Both the position numbers and the translations under genes were made by a program. From the NCBI RefSeq assembly GCF_006345805.1, contig NC_043001.1:12338001-12402000 (forward strand): DNA of 64,000 bases. The letters are read 5' to 3'. A model generated the notes under the pieces. It was not told where the DNA came from. It searched no databases and saw nothing but the letters and a program-made list of their open reading frames with translations. This DNA comes from Octopus sinensis (lineage: Eukaryota). This document shows, piece after piece, positions 39,436 through 53,437 of the stretch; the first letter of the stretch is position 1; each line of letters opens with the position of its first letter.

Positions 39436-39900
39436 AAATTATCCAATCGAATTTCCCACTTCGTTGGAGCCTCCAGGATTACCTCACCACAGATTGGAAC
39501 TTAAAGTGGGAACACCGGTAATGTTATTGGGGAGCTCGGATCCATCCACATTTTGCAACAGGGGACGCCTGGTGGTAAAGAAGACGTTATTGAGGACACC
39601 ATTCTGGATGGGAAAAATCCGAGGATGTTTTCACACCCAGGATTACTCTAATTCCATCGGGGGCAGAAATTAACTTTTTCGGTTAGAAGATTGCAATTTC
39701 CCAATCGCATCAGCTTCGCAACGTCTATCAACAAATCCCAGGGTCAAACATTCACTGTGGTAAAACTTCACTATGAAGATTGGTGCTTCTCACACGGAGA
39801 ATTATATGTTGGCAGCTCTAGAATGGGAAGCAGAAATGTCTGTTTGCATTTGTCCCAGAAAGGGAAAGAAAGAATATTGTTTAACGAGAGGATTTTAGGA
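39436..39900 (+). pseudogene. Helitron RepHel Pif1-like helicase C-terminal remnant (frameshifted)
   Basis: YPIEF..SLEPPGLPHHRLELKVGTPVMLL; QFP.RISFATSINKSQGQT..CFSHGELYVGSSRMG. Confidence 0.88.
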
Positions 39901-40034
39901 ATTACTGCGTCAATTGTGCGTCAGCTGGGTATTGCGCCGCCTTCCTGCAAGTACTTATTTAGCTGTACTATACTTTCCTAGAAACCTGTCATCTTATTCA
40001 TCCAATACACTTGGATCCCGTCAAGTCCTGGGCT

Positions 40035-40160
40035 CTTACATTCCTATGATGCCCTCCGGTATCCACTGTTACTTGTGAATGGTGAAGATTGATGCTATTT
40101 CGGCATAAGACATTTTCCCCCCATCATAAATATAACTACAGAAATGACAGCTTTTCAGTG
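40035..40160 (+). pseudogene. Helitron RepHel N-terminal remnant
   Basis: SYDALRYPLLLVNGED resembles the SYDALQYPLLF..GE motif upstream of the Rep domain. Confidence 0.55.
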
Positions 40161-40244
40161 CGTTCAAAAGCCCCATAGCCTCAATTATCCATGATACGTT
40201 AGGGACTGGAAACGTCCAAACAGAAGAACGACAATGACCTCGAA

Positions 40245-40504
40245 CTCACAAGATAAACAAGAGAGACAGACACAGGCAGAAACAAGGAAAATCCCACTTG
40301 TATTTGAACACTATAGAAGTATGCTTTTTAAAAAACATTAAAAAGTTTTTTCTAAATTAATTGTTTTCCATACTTAAAGTTGAAAAAGTCTCAATGACTG
40401 AAACCGGTACTGAAATGTGTTTTATAAAATTATTTAAGCATTTTCTATCTTGTCTTTTTTCCATATATATCAACTCGTGTGTTCCTTTTTCCTTTTCAAC
40501 CTTC

Positions 40505-40505
<1 letters not shown>
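40245..40505 (+). mobile_element. Penelope-type pseudo-LTR remnant with U3-A8 HHR (40376-40413)
   Basis: UUGAAAA-AGUC-UCAAU-GACU-GAAA-CCGGU-A|CUG; second copy at 47125-47345; ends in (TA)n. Confidence 0.7.
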
Positions 40506-40546
<41 letters not shown>

Positions 40547-42560
40547 TACATATAGATAGATAGATAGATATATAGATAGATAGATAGATAGATACAGAGA
40601 GAAGGGGGAGAGAGATACATACATCCATACATATATTCCTATATTGAGAATAAATGAGTGAGAGAAAGATTCAGAGATAGTGAAATACGGTGAGTGTGAG
40701 AGGTCATGCAATAATGATTGTTTCTCTGGAGTAAGGTTTGGGACTGTAATTGTCTTTATTGATTTCAGCGTCCTTGCAAACGGGAAGCCATGACAGATTA
40801 GGAGATGAAAAAGACAAAAATAAGATAAAGAAGGCTAAACGCAATTGAAATTGCACTTTTATTGTCTACATTCGAGGAGAATCTGTTTCGTTTAGTGTGT
40901 TAAACTATATGCTATTTCAGATATATTATTTAATTTAGAAAATGATTCAGACAAGTCGTTTCTTTCTCTAAAGTCTATCATAAGATATATGGTATCATAT
41001 CATGATTTGCTTGACTAAAGTATCGAGTTGGCTTCTGCCGTTGTACGTGTGATTATTTGCGTGTGATTCATACATAAGGATTTTTTAGGCGTGGTGTGAT
41101 CTTTGTACATTCTTTCCACACCATAACAATTTCTTCTGTGAAGAACACCCCGAATACTATTTCTCACAAGCTTTTCATAAACACTCATCACTCATACAAT
41201 TCACAATGCGCTACTTGACAAACGCTTTGCCTCAGCCTCAACTGAAATCCATGCATCACTTGATGTAATTTGATAAACGAAAATAATTTCAACGAAACCT
41301 TATTACGTCTTCTTGTTAATATTCTTAAATACAAATCGAAGATTTTAACGCATATCCTTTTTAATTACAAAATCTATTTTCTGCACACATAAATACACAC
41401 ACAAAATTGCACCAACAAAAATGCACAAATATATGGCCACACGTAAAAGCTGACAAATTAAATTGCTAAAACAATCACAAAATATTTACTCACTATTGTT
41501 TTTATAAATCATTATGTTACTTATGAATTAAATTCCGGATCTCATCCGTTGCTGATCTCAGGATTAGCGTATTGGGATAAAAACCCAGATAAACTGTGGG
41601 AGAAAATATTTCATAGATATTGTAGTTAATCTACCGACGTATTCGATACTCTCTTTCTTGGCGAGAGTAGCACGTGGCGTGTGCTAATTGCTGCTGTTTC
41701 TGCTTTTGGTTGTCTTCGTCTGTTTGTAGGCAGATCAGGTCCCTGACCCTAGTATCCCCTTCGAGAGTAGTGAGATGGATGTTATTAATGCTACATTTAC
41801 AGTGTTGCAGTTCAACACATGCAGGGAAGTAATAAGATGTGAGTAGTTTCCAAATGGCTAACCTTCTTGGGTTGAGAGATTGGACCTGGTTCTTTGTGTA
41901 AGTAAAGTGGACTGCACGCACAAACGGTGAAGAGAAGAAAATGTAGGGATGCCCCTAGTGATGGAAGTACAATATCTTCCTGCTTCAATCATTCTATAAA
42001 CGATAGAAAATACAGTGGTGGGTGCACACCTCTGGATTAGAGACTGGATTTTGTCAGTTTGTGATGGACTATCAATCAAACTAGTAGTCATTTACTGCGT
42101 GTGATCTAGGTTGTAAGTGTGCGTAGCAGCATCAACCTCTCCAGATATGTTTCAATGTAAACCCATTTGAAACTTTTGAATATCAGCAACTTTTCAGGGC
42201 TGAAATATTTTATAAGAACCAAGATAAAAGAATGAGCTTATAACATTCGGTTAATAAATGTTGAAAATTTGTTGGAATATCTTAGGAATAAATTTGCATA
42301 TCATTGATTTTGTTTATGCAAATTAACAGGCTCAGAAAATATTATTAACGGCTTGGCAGACTTCAGCATGCATCAGCAAATAAATAAGATCTTTGCCGAA
42401 TTCTATAAAAACCAGCGATCTATATTCAGAGATCCATGACAGAAGTTGTTCTCAGAGGGCAAAATACAAAAGCGATGAGCAGATACACGCTTAAATCTGT
42501 CAAAATTTACCAAGAATGAATATACACACCATTGTAAAATTGTGATATATAAAACTTCGA

Positions 42561-42760
42561 GGGTGGCGAGCAAGCAGAGTGGTTAGCACGCCAAGAAATA
42601 TGCTTAGCAGCATTTTTCCCGTCTTCAAACACTGAGTCCTAATTCCACTGAGGTTGTCTTCCACATTCATCCTTTCGAGTTCGATATATAAGCACCGCGG
42701 CAATATAAGCGACTTAACACGCACCTACGAAAATTGCTGGCCCTCTGCCAAAATTTGAAA
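42561..42760 (+). mobile_element. Degenerate SINE family B
   Basis: GGCGAGCAAGCAGAGTGGTTAGCACGCC..ATTCATCCTTTCGAGTTCGATA. Confidence 0.7.
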
Positions 42761-43001
42761 GCGGTGTATAAACAAATATTTAAATATACATGTATTTACA
42801 CTCGAAATTAAAGTACACGTATAAGTTTAACGCATATACCGTGTACATGCTATATAAAACCTGGACATCAATGCATTCACTCTAATCAGCTTACGGAGTT
42901 ACCTACCAGATAATTGTTTGCTGGTTTTTAAATGCATTTGGAAAATATTTTAGAATATTTTGTAATCCATACTTTGCGATGTATACATAAGTAGATACAT
43001 A

Positions 43002-44246
43002 TTGGGTCATCCCATAAATAATAGCTTTTTTATACATATATTTTCGAAAATTAAGTTAAACAAAGTTCCTTTTTTAATATAAAATATAATATCCTTCATT
43101 TTCTACCATTTATCTAGCAGACTTGGAAGGCCCCTCTTCCAAAATTCACTTGTCCATGACAAAAAATACTGTTCCAGTATTTTTTCTGACCCCGTCTACA
43201 GAATTCACATTTTTTCCGTCCAAATGATTTTGAAGACTATGGAATAAATAATAATCAGACAGGGCACGTCCACTGAATATGGTGTGTGGGGCATCATTTT
43301 CCATTCAAACTACTCCAGCCTTTTGAATATCATCTTTACAGCGGATGAGCATTATCTTGTTGGAAGAACACCTTCTGTCTTGAAACCAAAGATGGTCGTT
43401 TTACTTCTAGCGTTGGCTCAAACCCTCACCAGATGCTCGCAGTAAATCTTCTTTGTTGTCGTTTCGTTTGGGTTTAAAAGTTCAAAGTGGACTAAACCTT
43501 TCATATTCCACCAAACAGTTAACAACATCTTACCTGGGTGAAAACTTTCTTTAGGCCGGGGTGCCGGTGTTTCTCCTCCCCTAAACACTCACTTCGGTGT
43601 TCAACATTTTTAAAGGGAACCTATTTCACGTCACCACTCCCTATACTGTCCCTATAGTCTATTCATGTGACGTGACAGCTAAGAAGGGCCCAATTTCACT
43701 CTCTCCCCGCGAATAGACTGGGAAAGTTTGTGTGGGAACCATTGACCCAATTTGCTGAATTTGTCGATGGTGTAGATAACTAGTTGAGTGCCCAAATCCT
43801 AGCTTCTCTGCACGTTCGTCAACAATTACGAGGGGATTTTGTTCTAGCAGGGTTTGCAGGACGTCCTCGTCGAGCTCTTCAGATCTTCCAGTACGAGATT
43901 CCTCTTCTAACCTATAGTTTTCGTTTCGGGATTTCTGAAACCACCGTTCACACTGGCTTATGCTTATTGTCCGATCCCCATATACAACATTAATATTCCT
44001 CTCAATTCCCGTTGTGTTGTTGCCTTTATTAAACTCATAAAGGAAAATATGCCGTATATACGCCTTTGTCACTTCCATTATAACTTTGGAAAATAATTGT
44101 TAAAATCGAACTGCACTCTTCAAAACTTCCACTAAGAATAAGTACAAAGTAATAATACTACTTGCAATTTATAGCAAGGTGATGCAGGTAGGTTGTCCTA
44201 CCTGTCCATGCAATTAAAATGTGCGTTTATTTATGGAATGACCCAA
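43002..44246 (-). mobile_element. Full-length mariner transposon with decayed transposase
   Basis: TIRs TTGGGTCATCCCATAAATAA and TTATTTATGGAATGACCCAA, TA at both ends; ORF 43659-44078 (IRHIFLYEF..WFQK..LEEE.RTGR); PYS.D..SDYYLFHSLQN motif near 43230-43290. Confidence 0.92.
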
Positions 44247-44283
44247 TACATAAATACAAACACACACGCACACATACACACAA

Positions 44284-44316
<33 letters not shown>

Positions 44317-45002
44317 CACACACCAACAAAGTCCCTACTCCGAGTTCCGAAGAGTAGTTCGCCAAAACCAGATTATACAGAACGAAATTAGGTTCAAAGA
44401 AAGTAATTTTTGAAGAGAGGTTGTGTTGTGTTTTGTACAGAAGTTTTATACACACAAGAATTGATTAGAATAATCTAGAATTATAAATAACTTTTACAGC
44501 CTAAAAAAACAAACTCCTTATCACTTTTGTGTTCTGCATTGATAGAATTTTTCCAGTATTGCTTCCTTTGGGAATTCTACCTGTTATAAATATCACTTGT
44601 ACATTTTTTCTCTAAAAATGCTTCCTAAATTTTTCCCCAGTTATATGTGGTTAGTTTGTCTATCATAACTATGACAGTAGTTGTGCATTATGAATCATGA
44701 ACATTTTTTTTTATATACGAATACAGCATTTTCAATTGTGAAATAGCTTCATTCTTTTCTTTTTTTTCCAAGTGAGCAAATAATAAGATTTGAGAAAATA
44801 TTCAGAATTAACAAAAACATTCTGATTTATGTACACAATTACATTCAGGATAGATATCCATAAACAATTTAGGAAACTGGTGTCTTTACATATTTGTGTT
44901 TTTTATTCTCATAGTGTATATTAATTCACATTGGAATATTAGTCTATAACTTATATGTATATATCTATAAATAAATAAATATATATATATATATATATAT
45001 AT

Positions 45003-45061
<59 letters not shown>

Positions 45062-45559
45062 TTATATATATATATATATATATTATCTGTATCAATGTAT
45101 ACATATATGTGCGTGTGCATAAGTATATATACATATCTATATATATATATATATATATATATTTATGTCAGTTGATTATGTATGCATGTATATATATTAT
45201 ATTATCTGTGTCAATGTATACATATATGTGCGTGTGCATATGTATATATACATATCTCTATATGTATTTAGGTAAGTTTTTATGTATGTGTATGTATATA
45301 TATATATAGAGATGAATATATATATACCTATAGATGAACATGCGTATGTAGATGTGTGTTGGGTTTGTACACCTCTGCGATTCATCTCCACCATCGATAT
45401 GACAATTATGATGGGTCTGTTTACACACATATACGCACACGCATACATACATAAATACATACTTAACATTCTAATACCCTAAAGTTGATGAACAAACTAA
45501 ATTGTTTCTCCATTTTCTTATTTGTAATATATTTATATATATATGTATGTTTATATCTA

Positions 45560-45626
<67 letters not shown>

Positions 45627-45661
45627 TATCTATCTATCTATATATCTATCTATCTATCTAT

Positions 45662-45696
<35 letters not shown>

Positions 45697-45700
<4 letters not shown>

Positions 45701-45862
45701 AGTGGCTGTGTGGTAAGTAGCTGCTAACCAACCACATGGTTCCGGGTTCAATCCCACTGCGTGGCATCTTGGGTAAGTGTCTTCTGCTATAGCTCCGGGC
45801 CGACCAATGCCTTGTGAGTGGATTTGGTAGACGGAAACTGAAAGAAGCCTGTCGTATATATG

Positions 45863-45909
<47 letters not shown>

Positions 45910-46136
45910 GTATATGTGTGTGTTTGTGTGTCTGTGTTTGTTCCCCTAGCATTGCTTGACAACCGACGCTGGTGTGTTTACGTCCCCGTCACTTAGCGGT
46001 TCGGCAAAAAGAGACCGATAGAATAAGTACTGGGATTACAAAAAGAATAAGTCCCGGGGTCGAGTTGCTCGACTAAAGGCGGTGCTCCAGCATGGCCGCA
46101 GTCAAATGACTGAAACAAGTAAAAGAGTAAAGGAGT
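45697..46136 (+). mobile_element. SINE family A, full length
   Basis: Colinear with 668-1080. Confidence 0.92.
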
Positions 46137-46369
46137 ATAATTTTAGTCCATTAGATTGGGAGATATATTCCAAAAACATTTACGCACGGCTAAATAAAAT
46201 ACCTTCGTATGATGAAGACGAAGATGGAGAAAAATAGTTATAGTTTAGAATTGAGGAGCAATGCATAAAGTATGAGAAAGAAACCAAAGTCGTAACGAGA
46301 TGCCTTGGCGTCTTTGCAAGTGTATGCTTATGTTTCCGTGTGTTATGTATATATGTATAAATCATATCA

Positions 46370-47040
46370 GAGCTCTAGCAGTAATTGTTGATAACAATCT
46401 CAGTTGAAGTGCCCACATCAACAAAAAGGTTGATATAGCTCGTAGGATGAACTCCTGGATCTAAAGAACATTCCGGTCCTGAGAACAAGTAGTCATCATT
46501 TCACTGTTCTCCTTCTTTGTACGGCCACTCCTCGAAACTGCTGCTCTCTGTGGTCACCCCATACACAACAAAACATCACGAAAATTTAATCACTCTAGAG
46601 GCCATTCACTACACGAATTAAGGTCATGATCTCGATTACTGGGACCGCCTTAAAACCTTGAAACTCTACTCTCTTCAGCGCTGCCACGAGCGGTACATCA
46701 TTTGCACCATTTGGAGAATATACCGCCAGTATTGCCCAAACGACCTAAACATTAGCTTCAAGGTTCATCCGAGGCTGCGACCACGTGCGATATGTCCCAT
46801 GCCCAATTCAGGATAACAACATATCGGCACACTGCAACACAAATTCTTTTACTCAACTGGCCCTGCCCTGTTTAACATTGTCCCAAAACCGATCGAAGAG
46901 GAAAAGGATCCCATAAATATTAAACGGAGTCTGGACAAATTTCTTCAAGGAATACAAAATAAGCCTCCCATACCTGCGTGCAACTCAGTAAACAAGACCT
47001 CACTATTTGAATGGACCATGATGCTACAAACTTGACTTAA
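46370..47040 (+). pseudogene. Decayed CR1-group LINE ORF2 C-terminus
   Basis: VIVDNNLS*SAHI..RTFRS..VRPLLE..LWSP..DYWDRLKTLKLYSLQR..ERY..GPALFNIVPK, with stops. Confidence 0.82.
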
Positions 47041-47124
47041 AAAGGATTTACATAATCTTATGAGATGGTGCTGTTAAGTTAAACATATCTAATTTACATA
47101 TGTACATATATATAAATTACATAT

Positions 47125-47345
47125 AGCACAAGAGTAAACAAGAGAGACAGAGAAAGGCAGAAACAAGGAAAATGCCACTTATATTTCAACACTATACAAA
47201 TATTCTTTTAAAAAAAATTTTCTTTTAATTTTTCGAAATTTACTTATTTAATTGTTACAGTTGAAAAGGTCTCAATGTCTGAAACCGGTTCTGAAATGTT
47301 CTTTATAAAATTATTTTAGCATTTTCTATCCTGACTTATTTTTTC
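47125..47345 (+). mobile_element. Penelope-type pseudo-LTR remnant with U3-A8 HHR (47255-47296)
   Basis: CAG-UUGAAAA-GGUC-UCAAU-GUCU-GAAA-CCGGU-U|CUG. Confidence 0.7.
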
Positions 47346-47363
47346 ATATATATATATATATAT

Positions 47364-47420
<57 letters not shown>

Positions 47421-47422
<2 letters not shown>

Positions 47423-47900
47423 GGTAAAATTAGTTGCTAATTGCTTCACCACATATCGAATTTAGAAATAGGAGCTAAAATTACCTTTTCTACAGCCGTA
47501 AGAATCTCCCAGACAGTAACACTTTTGTTAACATAGGCAAAAATAAAAATATTGAGTTCACACGACTCCAAATACCCACATACGTGTTTCAAAATTAAAG
47601 TTTTCTTTTTACTTACTTATTTCTCATCATCAGTGTAACATTCCGAATATAAAAAAAATTGAAAGTGCTAGGGCTAAATATGTACGCGATGGAACGTCAC
47701 CGCGCAACAGATATCCAACCAACACTTCCAAACTTTACACAGCCAAATATGAATACATAGTTATCCCTTGCCTACGTAAAGCAGTTACTGTCTGGGAGTA
47801 GTAGGAAAGGTAGTAGAAAAGGTAGTAGTAGAAAAGGAAGTTTTTAACTCCTATTTCTCCTATTCGCTGTGTGGTGAAGCAATTAGCTAACCCCTAATTA
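47421..47900. mobile_element. Fold-back element with ~90-bp inverted arms, related to the 23.7-kb and 60.5-kb family
   Basis: GCTAATTGCTTCACCACA..AGAAATAGGAG..CTCCCAGACAGTAAC, with its reverse complement at 47784-47890. Confidence 0.65.
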
Positions 47901-47997
47901 TAATTATATTTATAATTATAGAATTTGTGTGTATATCTAACTATCTCTCCCTCTCTCTATATATATGTATGTTTGTTTATATATATATATATAACGT

Positions 47998-48086
<89 letters not shown>

Positions 48087-48247
48087 AAATATTAGAAAAA
48101 AAAAACTTTTATCAATTCAAAATGAATAATTAAATTACACCATCTAGATAATTACATTTAATAGAAAGTTAAAATTAAATAACAATTAAAAAGTAAAGAT
48201 TAAGTAAATGACAAAAATAATATAATGTATATATATAATATAATATG

Positions 48248-48284
<37 letters not shown>

Positions 48285-49365
48285 TATCCGTAGGGAACTT
48301 TATCTCCCTTGTCAGCTTATTAAGATAGTGCTCTGCTCTTGTATGTAGTGAGTCGTTTTTTACTCTTATTTCTAGCAATGCCGGTACCACTTTACGCACC
48401 CCCTTTAACTTTAGTGACGTCTACATATACATATGTGTGTGTGTTTCTTTGTGTGTGTGTGTATGTATGATTGTGTTTGCAAGCGTGTATGTATGCAGTT
48501 ATATATATATATATATGTGTGTGTGTATGTGTGTGTGTGTGTCTGTGTCTGTGTGTGTGTGTGTGTGTGTGTCTGTGTGTGTGTGTATGTGTGTATTGGG
48601 CATGAAATATACAGTAATATTTAGTTGAATAAATCACTTCTTCAAAACAACACAACAAAATTATATGATATTAAACATTTAGAAAAATATTAATTTTATA
48701 TGCACGATCCAATGCAGAAGTAGGGTGCATTATATCATTTGCAGCAGAATTATTCGAAGATTGCCGGCAGAATTTACAGCATTCGTTTATCAATCATAAG
48801 AAAGAAAGAAAGTGTTCAGATAAAAACTATGCGGAAAATATTACTGTGAATTCACAATTGTTGTATTTAATTTCTGTGGGTGGCATTGGGAAAGAAGATG
48901 TTGGTAGTGTTTGTGGTTTCTAAATTTTTATAGATACATGCATTTTTTTTACTTTCAAAATGGTGTCGTCGAAATCTAAATTTGAAAACTACGCACTTGT
49001 AATTCTCCTTGCATATTTCCCGTTATTTTCAATTCGTTTTTAAAGAGCTTTGTATAAATATTTTTTTAATATTAAATCAGCTACTCTAAAGTTAAGGAAT
49101 CGAAGTAATTGTATTAAATAAAAACAATTGATTCATTTTATTCTGACAACTAAATGATTATGCATATTCCCTTTCTGCTGTATTTCGGGCCGGTGATTAT
49201 GATATTGAAAAACATACACACTTTTTCCGTCTTACTTCTTTTATACTCGGCAGTTCATGAATGGAAATATTTGATCTTGATAATTTTGGAAATGTGTTTT
49301 TGTTGCCAATTGTGTCCCGAAGTCTTCAATGACATCTCATTGTTCAAACGAATTATCAAGTCACC

Positions 49366-49612
49366 CAGTAGTTCTCAAACTAGGTGGTATTGCCTCTCTG
49401 GGGGTGGTTGAAGGACTGGGGAGGGTATTCGCAGTCAGGCAATTAATGTGAAATAAATCTCCACATAATGGATTAATTACATTAACTTTTATTTGTGAGA
49501 TACACTTTTGCTGCAGAAAGTGTTTGTGGTGGTGACACTAGCGTGGGGTGGGCGCTGCGGATGGGGCCCGAGTGCCAAGGGGAGTCAGCCTTAAAAGGGT
49601 CGGGAACCACTG
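49366..49612. mobile_element. hAT (Charlie-like) MITE
   Basis: TIRs CAGTAGTTCTCAA and TCGGGAACCACTG; 8-bp TSD only partly retained. Confidence 0.65.
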
Positions 49613-49909
49613 AATTAAACAGTTCAGTAGTTAACCGTGTCAGTAGTTAAAATAGGAACGGTGCGCGCGATCATTGTTGGCAAAATGACCGTCGTGTGAG
49701 AGAGAAAATTCTGCTTCAACAGATCCAGCATCAAACACACTAATCACAGAATTGTAACATTTATATCATTTTAGCTTGAAAGGCCTTGCCGTCAGAGGGA
49801 TAATGTTTTTAAGGAAGCAATGTTGAATGCGCTTTTCTTGGATGTTTGTTAACTGTATGAGTGAGATAAGTGCTCCTCTCATGTGTGTGAATATCAGTTT
49901 TAAGAAACT

Positions 49910-49978
49910 GGTATATGACGTAGTATTAAGAGCGCGGTTTACTAACCACAAGACTCCGACTTCGATTCCAGGCAGTGA

Positions 49979-50042
<64 letters not shown>

Positions 50043-50589
50043 CAACAGAAAAAAGATGGTATAGGCACACACCAACAACAGAAAAAAGATGGTATAGGCA
50101 CACACCAGAAAAGGTCACAGAAAACGAGAAAGCAACCATACTCTGGGATATGCCGATACACACACATAGAGAAATTAAGGCCAACAGACCAGATATAGTT
50201 GTCAGAGACCATGAAGAAAAAAAATGCTTTCTAATTGATGTATCAGTACTGGCAGATGACAACGTGTCTCTAAAAGAAATGGAGAAACTCTCAAAATACA
50301 AAGACCTGGAAATAGAGGTAACTAGAATGTGGAATCTGAAAACAGAAACAATTCCTATCATAGTAGGTGCATTAGGCATGATAAAAAAATATTCAGACAA
50401 ATACATAACAAAAACACCAGGACTTACAAACACATATAAGATACAGAAAATTGCACTACTAGGCACTGCACACATCCTACGCAGAACACTTTCCATACAA
50501 TAACCATCAGAGCATCACAACAAATCACAGCACATACCCAAGGCTCGGTAGTGAAGTGAAAGCACGCTATAAAAATAAAAATAAAACTA

Positions 50590-50624
<35 letters not shown>

Positions 50625-50805
50625 TAACAACAACAACAATATCGAAAAACACCTAAGAAATGAGAACCCGGTTTCGAAATTTCCCCAAGATACATGATGA
50701 CGGCTGGAGTGTATATTAGCCGAAACGTTGTGTTAACAACAAACAAGATGAGGACAAATATCCAATAACTGTAAATAATGTAAATACTGTAAATAATGTA
50801 CATAA
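49910..50805 (+). mobile_element. SINE family E split by a Dong/R4 insertion in its internal (AAT)n; HHR at 50689-50734
   Basis: tRNA head 49910-49982 and body 50640-50805 are colinear with the complete copy at 3885-4125; tail (TGTAAATAA)n. Confidence 0.8.
50042..50592 (+). mobile_element. 5'-truncated Dong/R4 LINE (RLE domain, ORF to 50503)
   Basis: ILWDMPIHTHREIKANRPDIVVRD..LIDVS..KEMEKLSKYKDLEIE; (AAT)n on both sides; 33-bp tandem duplication at the 5' junction. Confidence 0.9.
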
Positions 50806-52083
50806 TACCCCAACTCTTAAATATAGAACCATAAAGTTGGTATATTCATGTTATATTGATATGACAATTGGTGAAATATAATTAAGATTTAATTAAGATT
50901 TAGTGAGATTTCTGTATAATCCCCTGGTGATTTTATCATTTAGGGAATATATTTAGAGACGTTACCTAGAAATGGTAACCCACAAATATAGCCACTCTGA
51001 TATTAAATACTGATTGGAACCAGATAATATTTGTATTCTGTAACGTTATAAATAAAGGAAATATTTAGGAAATATTAGTAAATTCCTTCTGATATGCTAT
51101 AATATTAACTTTAACACGAAATTGATAACAAAAATTACTTAAATATAAGTATTAAGCTATTAGTTATCAAGAATTTTATTACAAATTTTATTACAAATCA
51201 CCTTTAACAATATTTTTGAAATCTATCCAAATACGAATTGTAAATCCAGAAGCCTGATTAACTGTGTCGCTCGTCCTGAATACTACTTTGTATAAAATGG
51301 CGTTGGATTATATGAGATAGTAAAAGTACATAAGCAACACATTAATGTAACGTCCATTACAAATACAAAATGTAGTGAATATTTTTTCCAAATTTTTTTT
51401 TAAAATGTGGAGAGAAAAATGTACATTTCCGGAAGGACAAAGAAGAATACTTTATTCATAAACAGAGACAAACTTAAACACAAAATAATAGGTAAGCTAC
51501 CGGAATTATTAATGCAACAAATTTGAATCCCCGTGAAAGGATCAACCGAACACTGCCTGGAAAATCAAAGCTATGTATGCTATAAAATATTTATGGACTA
51601 TTTTACCTCTCATATGTTTATTAAATATTCACACAGTCGTTTCCTATTTCTTTTATATATGTATGCGCATGCGTAAAAAATATATACGGGGGTTGTGTAT
51701 ATACGCGTGTTTGTATATGTGAGCATATATGTATGTGTATTTATGTGAAGATGTATATATGTAAGTATATATGTGTGTATCTATGTATGTATATAAACGT
51801 GTATATATGTATATGTGTATATGTTTGTGTGAGTGAGAGAGAGAGAGGGAGAGAGTATGTATCTCTGAGTCTATACATATTTTTGTATATTTGTTTATGT
51901 ATATGTATACATCGGCGTGTGTACTCGGGTTTTGTGATTATCTCCCCTTATCGTATGGAGCTATAGTTAATTACCATTATGTAAATATGGTAAATATGGC
52001 ATATTCTATAAAGGCAGGGACCATTTTAATATAAGAAATTTTTACAATATATGATATTTGACATATCTATATTTATCTCCATA

Positions 52084-52316
52084 AAGGCGGCGAGCTGGCA
52101 GAAACGTTAGCACGCCGGGCGAAATGCGAAGCCGTATTTCGTCTGCCGTTACGTTCTGAGTTCAAATTCCGCCGAGGCCGACTTTGCCTTTCATCCTTTC
52201 GGGGTCGATAAATTAAGTACCAGTTACGAACTGGGGTCGATGGAATCGACTTAATCCGTTTGTCTGTCCTTGTTTGTCCCCTCTGTGTTTAGCCCCTTGT
52301 GGGTAGTAAAGAAATA
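52084..52316 (+). mobile_element. SINE family B, full length
   Basis: TSD-like TATATTTATCTCC at 52068-52080 and TATATTTCTCTCC at 52317-52329. Confidence 0.92.
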
Positions 52317-52609
52317 TATATTTCTCTCCTTCTTTCAGAGTAGCCCCCAAAGACAATATACACGAATAGTTATTCAGAGCATTTTTATATTTTGAAACAA
52401 CCACCAATTTTAAAGAAACTGGTGTGTCGATTACATTGGCCAAAGTTTTCAAATGCTACTAGATCTCTATATGGAAAGACGGAAATGCATAATGGAATTC
52501 ACCGGAATTTGAACACAGAAATTACAAAAATGCTTCTAAATATATTTCCAACTCGTTATCGATTCTATTAGTTCACTCCTTAAGCATTATCACTAATAAT
52601 GAAATAACA

Positions 52610-53048
<439 letters not shown>

Positions 53049-53374
53049 ATATATATACATACATACATACATACATACATACATACATACAAACATACAT
53101 ATATACATACATACATATATCTGCATTTATGTGTGTGTGTATAATTAATAACAAACGGCCAGCTTTATCTTCAGCTTAAGAATATTGCGTTATTTACCTT
53201 CAGAGAATCCTGCGTATGAAATCTTGCCACATGAAAGCCAGCGTCAACATAAAGCTGGATGTGTGTTGATTTTAACACAAAAACAAGGCAAATGCTTATG
53301 AAGTTCTAATCATAAAAGCGGATTTCTTTTTTCTGAATACTGCGTCGTATTTTGGGCATAAATACAAACACGCA

Positions 53375-53428
<54 letters not shown>

Positions 53429-53437
53429 ATATATATA

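Noticed and set aside
41631-42091. Host exon or gene in a moderately GC-rich stretch
   Set aside because: Short ORFs with no recognisable motif or supportable splice structure; small exons elsewhere cannot be excluded by eye
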